DNA of 28,386 nt, taken from Polyangia bacterium. Lineage in GTDB: Bacteria > Myxococcota_A > Polyangia > Polyangiales > Polyangiaceae. The notes under the pieces are model-generated. The model was not told the origin of the DNA, searched no databases, and worked only from the letters and a program-made list of their open reading frames with translations. A program made the translations under genes and the position numbers. The stretch spans positions 1-28,386 of the forward strand of contig JAUIKB010000001.1 in assembly GCA_030430975.1 (NCBI GenBank). The letters run 5' to 3'. Shown here in pieces: positions 17,427 through 25,786 of the stretch (the first letter of the stretch is position 1; every line of letters starts with the position of its first letter).

Positions 17427-17432
17427 AGTGTA
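17427..17432 (-). promoter_or_regulatory. Putative -10 box (TACACT), 6 nt before ATG 17420 (leaderless)
   Basis: TANNNT-N6-ATG on the minus strand; no SD. Confidence 0.5.
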
Positions 17433-17483
17433 CAGCACAACGCGGGGACGCCCCACAGCAGTGCAACCACCGCCCGACGGGCG

Positions 17484-18332
17484 CTACCAGCGCTTGGAAC
17501 GGCCGCTGCGCGCCTCGGAAACCACCGCGGCATCCTGCTCTTTCTTCAGCAGCACTCCGGAAAAGGGCAACTCGCTCTTGATGCGCTCGGCGCCGACACC
17601 AGCGCGCGCTAGAACCGCGATCCAGTCGATCAGCTCGCTGGTCGACGGGCGTTTTCGAACCCTCGGTACCGAACGGAGATCGTAAAACGCCTTGATCGAC
17701 TGGTCGACCAGCGCGTCATCCAGCTCCGGGTGGTGAACCGCCACGATGCGCTTCATCAGCTCGGGTTCGGGAAAGTCGATGAAGTGGAACACGCAGCGCC
17801 GCAAGAACGCATCCGGCAGTTCCTTCTCGTTGTTGCTGGTGATGACGACGATCGGTCGGTGCTTGGCTACGATTTCGTCCTTCGTTTCGGAAACCGTGAA
17901 TCGCATGCGGTCGAGTTCGTGCAGCAAGTCGTTGGGGAACTCTAAGTCCGCCTTGTCCACCTCATCGATCAACAGCACCACGCGGTCGTCACTCGCGAGC
18001 GCCTCCCCGAGCGGTCCATGCTTGATATACCGGCGTATGTCCTTGACGGCCTCCGCGCCACCGTCGCCGAATCGAGCGTCGTAGAGGCGCTGAACCGTGT
18101 CGTAGATGTAGAGGCCGTCCTGCGCGCGAGTGGTCGATTTAACAGCCCAGTGAATCAACCGGTAGCTCATCGCATCGGCGATGGCGTGTGCGAGCAGCGT
18201 CTTGCCTGTACCCGGTTCGCCCTTAACCAAGAGCGGGCGCTCGAGCGCTACGGCGGCGTTGACGGCCGCTTCCAGAGCTGGGTCGGTTAGGTAGCTTGAG
18301 GTTCCGGTGAACTGGGAAAAGGAGTCAGACAC
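17484..18332 (-). CDS. MoxR-family AAA+ ATPase
   Basis: RPLLVKGEPGTGKT (Walker A), VLLIDEVDKAD (Walker B), FPNDLLHELD, ITSNNEKELPDAFLRRC, RKRPSTSELIDW. Confidence 0.93.
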   Translation of the reverse strand: MSDSFSQFTGTSSYLTDPALEAAVNAAVALERPLLVKGEPGTGKTLLAHAIADAMSYRLIHWAVKSTTRAQDGLYIYDTVQRLYDARFGDGGAEAVKDIRRYIKHGPLGEALASDDRVVLLIDEVDKADLEFPNDLLHELDRMRFTVSETKDEIVAKHRPIVVITSNNEKELPDAFLRRCVFHFIDFPEPELMKRIVAVHHPELDDALVDQSIKAFYDLRSVPRVRKRPSTSELIDWIAVLARAGVGAERIKSELPFSGVLLKKEQDAAVVSEARSGRSKRW

Positions 18333-18489
18333 GGTGTGTAGGTAGTGCTGCGGGATCCAATTTACAAGGGGCCGCCGATGATGAAGCGGCCGATCGCTAG
18401 CGACTGAGCATCACGCCGGCGAGAACGACGAGCGAACACGCACGAATTGCCAGCGCGACTGGTATGGTCGGAGCCTGGTTGCATCCCCC

Positions 18490-19515
18490 ATGTCCCGCTA
18501 CGAAATCCTAGGTGCCTGCCGTGATGACGAAGACGACCTGCTCAAGCTGGCGCGCTTCCTCAACACGGTGAATCTGCCCGACGACCGCGCGTCGGTACGC
18601 TCGCTGCTCAGCCATGCCGAGCAGAGTTTTCGCGGGGACATCCCACCAGCACAGCGCAAGTTTGTGTTCGTACTTTGGGACCGGGTCGAGAAAGCAGCTG
18701 TGGGTACCTCGATGATCGTGGCACAGCACGGGCGACCTGACGCGCCGTACATCTATCTCGACGTGATACCCGAGGAGAAATACTCGAAGGCGGTGGACAA
18801 GCACTTCCGCCACCTGCTGTTGCGCCTAGGTTTCTCGTACGACGGGCCCACCGAAATCGGGGGTCTAGTCGTCCATCCGGAATACCGCCGCGTGCCACAG
18901 CGGCTGGGCCTGATGATCTCCTATGTGAGGTTCTTGTACATCGCTGTTCATCGCGAGCTGTTCCAGAACTACGTGCTCGCCGAGCTGCTGCCCCCGTTGG
19001 AGGCTGATGGCACCAGCCATCTTTGGGAGGCGCTCGGGCGTCACTTTACGGACATGAGCTACGCCGAGGCCGACTTTCTTTCGAGCCGCGACAAGACGTT
19101 CATCAAAGACTTGTTCCCAAGCGGCGCTGTCAACGCCAGTTTGCTGGCACCCGAGGCGCGCGCGGTGATCGGCCAGGTCGGCCAGCAAACCAAAGGCGTG
19201 GAAAAAATGCTCAGGAGGGTGGGCTTTCGCTACGTGGACCGCGTCGACCCGTTCGATGGCGGGCCACATTTCGCGGCGCAAATCGACGACGTTACGTTGG
19301 TGCGGGCCACGTCGAAGAAAACCGTCACGGACCAGGCCATCCCGGGCGATCCGTTCGTCGCGCTGGTGGCGCGCGACGAAACCAGAGCGCCCTACTTCCG
19401 CGCGATACGTGCGACCATTTCGTCCGACGACACGTCCGCGCAGCTGTCACCCGACGACCGCGCTGCGCTAAAGTGCGACGTGAGCGACACGGTGATCGTG
19501 TTGCCGCTGCGCTAG
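18490..19515 (+). CDS. astA: Arginine N-succinyltransferase (AstA family, GNAT fold)
   Basis: TEIGGLVVHPEYR, VLAELL, GTSHLWEALGRHFTDMSYAEAD, FIKDLFP, ARAVIGQVG, GFRYVDRVDPFDGGPHF match the AstA family pattern. Confidence 0.88.
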   Translation: MSRYEILGACRDDEDDLLKLARFLNTVNLPDDRASVRSLLSHAEQSFRGDIPPAQRKFVFVLWDRVEKAAVGTSMIVAQHGRPDAPYIYLDVIPEEKYSKAVDKHFRHLLLRLGFSYDGPTEIGGLVVHPEYRRVPQRLGLMISYVRFLYIAVHRELFQNYVLAELLPPLEADGTSHLWEALGRHFTDMSYAEADFLSSRDKTFIKDLFPSGAVNASLLAPEARAVIGQVGQQTKGVEKMLRRVGFRYVDRVDPFDGGPHFAAQIDDVTLVRATSKKTVTDQAIPGDPFVALVARDETRAPYFRAIRATISSDDTSAQLSPDDRAALKCDVSDTVIVLPLR

Positions 19516-19586
19516 CCGGTTCGCCCAGGTGCGTGGCCCCGTTGGGCGTGGTCACCACCTCGGTCGGCCTCGGCCTCCGCCACGCG

Positions 19587-21347
19587 CTATTTCGGCACGA
19601 CGGTGACAGTCTCAAGATTGAGTCCGCCCGGATACATGTAGCTGGTGTACGAACCATAGCCGTACACGGTGATCCCGAAGTTGTCGGTGCCGGTGCTGGC
19701 GTGGGCGCGTCCGGTCCCCTGACGCCGCGCGACCATGTAGCCGGTGTTACCGATCGGGAGGAACTCGCTCGCCTCGATGTCCTTGCCGTCGAGGGTGATC
19801 AACGCGCCGGCCTTGGCGACGATGTTGATGAAGTTTTGCGTGTAGCTCTTCGGCGCATAGAAGCTGTACGACAAGCGGTACTGCTCGACGGGTATCGCGA
19901 CCGACTGCGCCGGGTCACCGATCGCGATCGATGCGCCGCTCACGGTCTGCCCCAATAGATACTGCGACACGGCAAGCTTGTCCGTGCCCGACACCCGAAA
20001 GTCCTGACTGACCGGACCCACCTCGATCCACTCCCCGGCATTCAACGTGACGGGTGGATTCACCGGGGGATCAAACGTGATCTGGTTTGCAGCACCAGCA
20101 GACAAGATCCTCACCATCATGCCGTCAGCCGCACCGGGGTTGACGCCGATCTCGCCAACGGCTTGCGGAGCCGTAACGATCAGGTCCTGCCCAAGCGCAT
20201 CGACGGGAAACAAACTCTCCTCGACGTGGTCGCACGCGTAATTCCCGTACGGTATCATCGTACAATCGTGGCCACCGATCACGCTGACCGGCTTGTCCGC
20301 CTCGATCAGGCTTCCCGTCAGATCGAACGCTTGCCCACCCGGACACAATGTAACGTCCGTCATGCCCTGCTTCTCTGTAACGCAAGGCTTACCGGCAACC
20401 GACGTGGGACCGTCCGGCGGACTCGCGCTCTGCAACATCAGCACGTCCCCAGCATCGAGCGTATATGTCGCGCTCATGCCCTGCGCCAGAGCAGCAACGC
20501 CGCTGCCTGCGCGGACGTTGCCGCGCGCAGTGAACTTGACGGTCGTGCCGTCTTCGGTCCCAGTGATGGTGACGAACCCCGGCGGACTGGTCCAAGTCAG
20601 CGGCTGGTCCTTGGGTTCGGTGCCGATGTGGTGCGTTGGGTAGTTCATGACCCAGTAGTTCCCGCGTAGGGCTGACTTGGGCAGCAGTATCGAGGCATCG
20701 TTAGAGAACGAGAAACAGCCGCCCTGGTTGGCGAGTTCGGGACAGTCCGCCGGGTCGGTGTCGAGGCGAAATTCGAGCGGGTTGAACTGGTACACGGTCA
20801 CCGGTACCGAACTCTCAAGTTTGAACGCCCCGCCCGCCGCCAGCACCGAGCCGTCGCCTGCACCACGCAACTCCTCGACCCATGGCAGCTTGATGATCTC
20901 GACCTTGCCTGGTTTCAGGGTGGCTGACGCGAGCTGCGAACCGCCCCGCGTAACGGTTACGTCCGCATCGCTCCCGGTCGGATTCACGACGACCACCGCG
21001 TACTCGAAACCGTTGTACAAGCGAGCATTCGCCGTCACCGTCGGCCAATACTCGCAGCCGATGTAGCTCTGAGCTTGGAGCGCAGCCGCGCACGTTTGCG
21101 GCACCCCGGCTAGCGGAATACCGCCGTCGATCAGGGCCCCGCCAAAGCCACTCAGCCCGCCACCGGCACCGCTGCTTGCGCCCTGGCCTCCGCCTCCAGA
21201 CGTCCCGCCCTGGCCGGCGTTCCCCCCGACGTTACCGCCCGGTGGATTTTCTTCGTTGTTTTGTGTTGCGCACGCACCCGCAAGCAACAAGCCGCTCGTG
21301 CTCAGCACGAACAGGCTCACCACGGTTATCGATCTTGAAGACTTCAC
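19587..21347 (-). CDS. IgGFc-binding-domain (FCGBP N-terminal-like) lipoprotein with Gly-rich linker
   Basis: Lipobox LLLAGA-C and Gly-rich linker. SYIGCEYW, VTVYQFNPL, SNDASILLP, DHVEESLFP, GDPAQSVAIPVEQY, and terminal FGITVYGYGSYTSYMYPGGLNL. Confidence 0.85.
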   Translation of the reverse strand: MKSSRSITVVSLFVLSTSGLLLAGACATQNNEENPPGGNVGGNAGQGGTSGGGGQGASSGAGGGLSGFGGALIDGGIPLAGVPQTCAAALQAQSYIGCEYWPTVTANARLYNGFEYAVVVVNPTGSDADVTVTRGGSQLASATLKPGKVEIIKLPWVEELRGAGDGSVLAAGGAFKLESSVPVTVYQFNPLEFRLDTDPADCPELANQGGCFSFSNDASILLPKSALRGNYWVMNYPTHHIGTEPKDQPLTWTSPPGFVTITGTEDGTTVKFTARGNVRAGSGVAALAQGMSATYTLDAGDVLMLQSASPPDGPTSVAGKPCVTEKQGMTDVTLCPGGQAFDLTGSLIEADKPVSVIGGHDCTMIPYGNYACDHVEESLFPVDALGQDLIVTAPQAVGEIGVNPGAADGMMVRILSAGAANQITFDPPVNPPVTLNAGEWIEVGPVSQDFRVSGTDKLAVSQYLLGQTVSGASIAIGDPAQSVAIPVEQYRLSYSFYAPKSYTQNFINIVAKAGALITLDGKDIEASEFLPIGNTGYMVARRQGTGRAHASTGTDNFGITVYGYGSYTSYMYPGGLNLETVTVVPK

Positions 21348-21356
21348 TTGGCGCCA

Positions 21357-21365
21357 AGCTTAGCA
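21357..21365 (-). promoter_or_regulatory. Putative extended -10 (TG-c-TAAGCT), 9 nt before GTG 21347; overlaps a sigma54-like GG-N10-GC motif
   Basis: The minus strand reads CTGGCACGTGCTAAGCT (21373-21357), which fits both TGn-TANNNT and the sigma54 -24 element CTGGCACG with an imperfect -12 (AAGC rather than TTGC). Confidence 0.45.
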
Positions 21366-21388
21366 CGTGCCAGCGCCGCGGATCCGCA

Positions 21389-21405
21389 AGGCTGCGAGGC
21401 AGCCT
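21389..21405 (-). terminator. Hairpin AGGCTGC-N3-GCAGCCT just downstream of lolD (possible terminator, no U-tract)
   Basis: Perfect 7-bp GC-rich stem 8 nt after the lolD stop; lacks a poly-U tail. Confidence 0.35.
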
Positions 21406-21413
21406 CTACCCCG

Positions 21414-22262
21414 CTATTGCTCAGCGTCGAGGGCGTCTGCGGCCGAATCAGGCGAGCTATCGGACTCCGATTCCGCGCCGACGGGACCCGCGGGTTCGTC
21501 CTGCTCCGCAGCGGCGGCCGCAGCGCTCTTGGCGTTCGCGGAGGCAACGCTCTTGGCATTGGCGGCGAACGTTGGGTCCTTGATATCGTCCTGCTCGACC
21601 TTGCCGTCTCGCATGCGCACGACTCGCGGCATGCTTTCCGCGAAAGCGGGGTTGTGGGTTACGACTACGATCGTCGTGCCGTGCTTCTTGTTGATGTCGA
21701 AGAACAGCTCGTGGATCGAATCCCCGGTGCTGGTGTCGAGATTCCCCGTCGGCTCGTCGGCGAGGATTAGCTTAGGTGAAAGGACCAGGGCGCGGGCAAC
21801 GGCGACGCGCTGTTGCTCGCCCCCCGACAGCTCCCCGGGACGATGCGTCGCGCGATCCGCCAACCCTACTTCTGCCAGGAGCGACAGGGCGCGCTCTTTC
21901 ATCTCCTTGCGCGCCCGCCCCTGAATGAGCCCGGGCATCATGATGTTTTCGACCGCGGTAAATTCCGGCAGTAGATGATGAAACTGGAACACAAACCCGA
22001 TGGCGCGGTTGCGCACCGCGGCGAGCTTGCTCTCGTTCAGCGTGGTGAGTTCAGAGCCGTCCAAATTGATGCGGCCTTTGGTCGGCAGATCCAACGTGCC
22101 GATGCAGTGCAGCAGCGTGCTCTTACCCGCGCCGGATGGGCCGACAATGCTGAGCACCTGCCCTTCGTGGATTTCTAAATCGATGCCTTTGAGCACGTGC
22201 AGCTCATGGCCCATGTGCATGAAGGTCTTGTGTAGACCCTTGATTTCAACCAGCGCGCTCAT
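21414..22262 (-). CDS. lolD: Lipoprotein-releasing ABC transporter ATP-binding subunit LolD
   Basis: GPSGAGKST, IGFVFQFHHLLPEFTAVEN, LSGGEQQRVAVARAL, ILADEPTGNLD, VVVTHN. Directly follows a lolC/E gene with an SD-like AAGGTG. Carries an extra acidic low-complexity C-terminal tail. Confidence 0.92.
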   Translation of the reverse strand: MSALVEIKGLHKTFMHMGHELHVLKGIDLEIHEGQVLSIVGPSGAGKSTLLHCIGTLDLPTKGRINLDGSELTTLNESKLAAVRNRAIGFVFQFHHLLPEFTAVENIMMPGLIQGRARKEMKERALSLLAEVGLADRATHRPGELSGGEQQRVAVARALVLSPKLILADEPTGNLDTSTGDSIHELFFDINKKHGTTIVVVTHNPAFAESMPRVVRMRDGKVEQDDIKDPTFAANAKSVASANAKSAAAAAAEQDEPAGPVGAESESDSSPDSAADALDAEQ

Positions 22263-22270
22263 CGTTCACC

Positions 22271-24013
22271 TTATTCATACCGGATGCCGTCGACCGGCCT
22301 CAATCGACTCGCCGCCATCGCCGGGTAGACCGTCGCCAGCGTCGTGATCACCAGTGCCGCTATCGCGATCAGCGTATAGTCCACCGGGTCGACGTTAATC
22401 GGGAGTCGGTCAACGTAGTACACCTTGGGGTCCAGACGTACGCCGAACCACTGCAGTCCCAGGCACAAAGCAAGCCCAGTGACGACCCCGAAGACCGTTC
22501 CGATGCTGCCGATGATCATGCCTTCGGTCATGAAGATCCGTCGAATAGCGCCGTCGGAGGAGCCCAGCGCTTTCAGAATCGCTATTTCTTTGCTCTTTTC
22601 CGTGACCATCAAAAGCAGCGTGCAAATGATGCAAAAGCTAGCAACCAGAATCGCGATCGAGAGAATGATAAACGTCGCGATCTTCTCCAATTTCAGCGCT
22701 GAAAAAAGATTCTTGTTGAGTTCTTTCCAGTCACGCACCCGCAGATCACCCCGCCCCAGTGCGGCTTCGATCTTCGGGCGGGCCAACTCGACCTTCTCGG
22801 CGTTCTTGGTGCGGACCTCGATCCCCGTGATCTTGTGCTCCAAGTCGAGAAACCGCTGCGACACGTCCAGCTTCATGTACACGTGGCTGGCGTCGTACTC
22901 GTACATGCCCGAATAGAAGATCGCTGCGACCCGGAACTTTCGAGTCCGCGGCATCACGCCCATGGGTCCCAGATCGCCGAGCGGCGCGACCAGCGTTATC
23001 TCGTCACCGACGTACACGTGCAGCGTCTTAGCCAACTCCCGCCCCAGAATCACGGCGGGGAAAGCGTCATCTGGCTCGACCGACTCCGCTACGTCTTTGT
23101 CTAGCCCCGTACCGAAGTACGGCTTCAGATTCGGTCCTTTTAAGTAGAGTTCCCCGCCCGGACCGAGTCCGATCGGTTCATCCGGCGGCAGGCGGGAGAG
23201 CTTGACCTCATCTGTGAGGTACTCGAACTTTCCCACCTCAATGTTGTTCTCGAGGTCGATCACGGTGCCGATCGACTCGGGGTCGACGCCCTTGACGATC
23301 ACACCGGCGGTGTTCGTCGAGCTCGACGCCATCGCCTCGCCCTTGGCAACAGGTGTCGCTGCGGCCACATCGGGCAGAACCCGAACGTCGTCCAACGAGT
23401 CCTTCCAGTTGTCGAAACCGTCGTAGTTCGTCGTATCGATCTTGATATGAGCGTTGTTACCGAGGATCTTGCGCTTCAGGTCAGCGCCGAATCCCCCCAT
23501 TACGCTGATCACCACGCACAGCGCCAGCGAGCTGACGCCAACCCCAGCAATCGACAGCACGCTGATGACGGTTAGAAATCCGCTTTTGGACGAACGGACG
23601 TGGCGCGCCGCGACGTACGAGATAAAACCGCGGCCCTCGATGCGATCCAACAGCCACGGCATGGCGAGCGCCATGAAGCCGACGACGAACATCGTACCGC
23701 CCACCGCCGCGCCGATGCGGACCAGCTGGTGCCACAACACGAAATAGGACCCCCGCGGTTCGGGGAGCCTCGTTACCCACGTGCCAAAGCCGACCAGCGA
23801 CAACAGGCCGATGCCAGTAACGAAGAACAGCAGCGTTCGGCGACCAGACTTGCCGAGGCGCTTTAGACCTCGGACGATCAGATAGCCGACGACAACAACT
23901 GCGACGCTGATGATCGCGATACGTCCGCCGACACCAATACGGCTCCACAGCTCGGCGATGGCACTTGGTTCAGCCAGCGGCTTCTTCGGCCCAAGCGCCG
24001 CTAGCCACATCAC
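22271..24013 (-). CDS. lolC: Lipoprotein-releasing ABC transporter permease (LolC/E, possibly single-subunit LolF type) with extra N-terminal TM segments
   Basis: GFLTVISVLSIAGVGV, VISVMGGFGADLKRKILG, FYSGMYEYD, DWKELNKNLFSALKLEK, EIAILKALG, YYVDRLP, YPAMAASRLRPVDGIRYE. The start overlaps the lysS stop (GTGA). Confidence 0.9.
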   Translation of the reverse strand: MMWLAALGPKKPLAEPSAIAELWSRIGVGGRIAIISVAVVVVGYLIVRGLKRLGKSGRRTLLFFVTGIGLLSLVGFGTWVTRLPEPRGSYFVLWHQLVRIGAAVGGTMFVVGFMALAMPWLLDRIEGRGFISYVAARHVRSSKSGFLTVISVLSIAGVGVSSLALCVVISVMGGFGADLKRKILGNNAHIKIDTTNYDGFDNWKDSLDDVRVLPDVAAATPVAKGEAMASSSTNTAGVIVKGVDPESIGTVIDLENNIEVGKFEYLTDEVKLSRLPPDEPIGLGPGGELYLKGPNLKPYFGTGLDKDVAESVEPDDAFPAVILGRELAKTLHVYVGDEITLVAPLGDLGPMGVMPRTRKFRVAAIFYSGMYEYDASHVYMKLDVSQRFLDLEHKITGIEVRTKNAEKVELARPKIEAALGRGDLRVRDWKELNKNLFSALKLEKIATFIILSIAILVASFCIICTLLLMVTEKSKEIAILKALGSSDGAIRRIFMTEGMIIGSIGTVFGVVTGLALCLGLQWFGVRLDPKVYYVDRLPINVDPVDYTLIAIAALVITTLATVYPAMAASRLRPVDGIRYE

Positions 24014-25716
24014 GTCTTGTTCTCCGGTCGCATGAGAGGAAAGGCGATCACGTCGCGAATCGATGCCTGACCCGCTAGCATCATCGTCAGTCTGTCGACG
24101 CCGAGACCGAACCCCGCCGCTGGCGGCATGCCGTGCTCAAGAGCGCGGATGTAGTCCTCATCGTAGTCCATCGTTTCCTCGGCGCCGCGACCCTTGCGTT
24201 CGACTTGATCTCGAAACCGAGCAGCCTGGTCTTCGGGATCGTTGAGTTCGCTGAACGCGTTGCATATCTCGCGACCGTCGATGAACAGCTCGAACCGGTC
24301 GGTCAGCGTCGGATCGTCGTCTTTGCGACGCGCTAACGGGCTGACCTCGATCGGGTAGTCGATGATAAACACCGGGACACTCTTGGTACCGTCTCCGCTG
24401 CGGTAATCCTCGGTCAAGAATGGCTCTGAGAGGTATTCGTAGGCGCAAAATAGCCGGTCGCCCGCGGTATCACACCCGGCCAGGCCTTTGCGGAAGTTGC
24501 CCCAATCGATCGCCCTGGCGCGCTCGCTGCCCTTACAGAATCCCTTGATCCGCTCGCTGCTGGCAGCCTCTTGGGGCGCTCCGGCCGCCAAGCTCGCCAG
24601 ATCGTCCACGATCGCCTTTGGCACGTCGGCGCTATCGCACGCCCGCTCGACCGCGGTACGCATCGGCACGCGAGCGAACCGATCCCCAAGCGTATAGCGA
24701 CGTCCCTCCACCCACTGATCGTACGTTTCACCCATGCCTGCTGCCCTCATCTTGTCGGACAGGAAGCGGTCGACGTGGCGAAACAATTCCTCGGTCATCG
24801 TCATGAGCGTCGAGTACGTCGCGTAGGCTTGGTAGAATTCCAGCATCGTGAACTCGGGATTGTGGCGAGTGCTAATGCCCTCGTTCCGGTAGCAACGACC
24901 GATTTCGTAGACGCGCTCAAAGCCTCCGACGAGCATCCGTTTGAGATACAGCTCGGGCGCGATGCGCAGGAACAGCTCCATGTCGAGCGTGTTGTGATGT
25001 GTCTTAAACGGTCGTGCAGACGCGCCGCCCACGAGCGTGTGTAGCGTGGGTGTCTCCACCTCGACGAACTGATGCGCGTCCAAAAAGTCGCGCAAGCCCT
25101 GAACGATGAACGAGCGCGCGCGCAACGCGGCAGCGACCGACGGGTTCGCGACCATGTCCACGTACCGCCGTCGATAGCGCAGATCGACGTCGCTCAGGCC
25201 ATGCCACTTGTCCGGTAGCGGTCGGTAAGCCTTAGTCACGAGCCGCAGACTCTGGGCCTCGATGCTCAGCTCGCCGGTCTTGGTGACCATCATCGGGCCG
25301 CTGACCGCGATGTGGTCGGCGATGTCGATGTCCTCGAGCGCGACAAAGAACTCGCCGAGGATGTCCTTTTTGGCGAACACTTGAATCTCTCCGGTCGCAT
25401 CTCGCAACCGCAGGAAGCTCACCTTGCCGAAGCCGCGCCGGGCGACCATTCGTCCCACACAATTCACGACGTCTCCGCCGGATAGTTTCGCAACTCGCTC
25501 TGGATCGTAGCGAAGCTCCGCCTCGTCGATCAGGGCCGACTCATAGCGTCGGCGCTGGTCTCCGATGAATGACCGCGCAGAAGCGTCGACATCGTTGGCA
25601 AAAGGATCGGCTCCGCGCTCCCTGACGCGCGTGGCCTTGGCCTGGCGTTGTACGACGAGCGCGTCCTCACCACCGGGAGCCGCTCCGCCGTCTTTCGTGT
25701 CAGCTGACTTACTCAT
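24010..25716 (-). CDS. lysS: Lysine--tRNA ligase, class II
   Basis: OB-fold [35 protein letters not shown], motif 1 [25 protein letters not shown], motif 2 [25 protein letters not shown], motif 3 GFGLGVDRL. Confidence 0.97.
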   Translation of the reverse strand: MSKSADTKDGGAAPGGEDALVVQRQAKATRVRERGADPFANDVDASARSFIGDQRRRYESALIDEAELRYDPERVAKLSGGDVVNCVGRMVARRGFGKVSFLRLRDATGEIQVFAKKDILGEFFVALEDIDIADHIAVSGPMMVTKTGELSIEAQSLRLVTKAYRPLPDKWHGLSDVDLRYRRRYVDMVANPSVAAALRARSFIVQGLRDFLDAHQFVEVETPTLHTLVGGASARPFKTHHNTLDMELFLRIAPELYLKRMLVGGFERVYEIGRCYRNEGISTRHNPEFTMLEFYQAYATYSTLMTMTEELFRHVDRFLSDKMRAAGMGETYDQWVEGRRYTLGDRFARVPMRTAVERACDSADVPKAIVDDLASLAAGAPQEAASSERIKGFCKGSERARAIDWGNFRKGLAGCDTAGDRLFCAYEYLSEPFLTEDYRSGDGTKSVPVFIIDYPIEVSPLARRKDDDPTLTDRFELFIDGREICNAFSELNDPEDQAARFRDQVERKGRGAEETMDYDEDYIRALEHGMPPAAGFGLGVDRLTMMLAGQASIRDVIAFPLMRPENKT

Positions 25717-25758
25717 CGAACCGAGCGGGCTTAGCGCGGCGCTCCGTTCCCTGAAACC

Positions 25759-25786
25759 CGATTCTGAAGGAAATCACCCAGAATCG
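25759..25786. repeat. Perfect 8-bp inverted repeat CGATTCTG-N12-CAGAATCG upstream of lysS
   Basis: Read directly, 43-70 nt upstream of the lysS ATG in the divergent lysS/GT intergenic region. Confidence 0.8.

Noticed and set aside
17421-17456. Longer start for the RHH gene
   Set aside because: ATG 17420 has a correctly spaced -10 box and places the RHH beta-strand near the N-terminus.
17471-17483. Hairpin CGCCC-N3-GGGCG after the moxR stop
   Set aside because: Only a 5-bp stem with no U-tract; expected by chance at this GC content.
10142-18332. A single MoxR-to-vWA operon forming a classical MoxR/vWA pair
   Set aside because: The vWA protein is an exported lipoprotein with its own putative promoter and the RHH gene has another; a cytoplasmic MoxR is unlikely to be its direct partner.
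18459-18483. Possible sigma54 promoter upstream of astA (TGGTATGGTCGGAGC)
   Set aside because: GG-N10-GC spacing is present but both boxes match the consensus poorly; a sigma70-like TATGGT explains the same bases.
19023-19958. 311-aa + strand ORF
   Set aside because: Overlaps astA in another frame and is antisense to the IgGFc gene; Arg/Gly-rich shadow ORF with no recognisable motifs.
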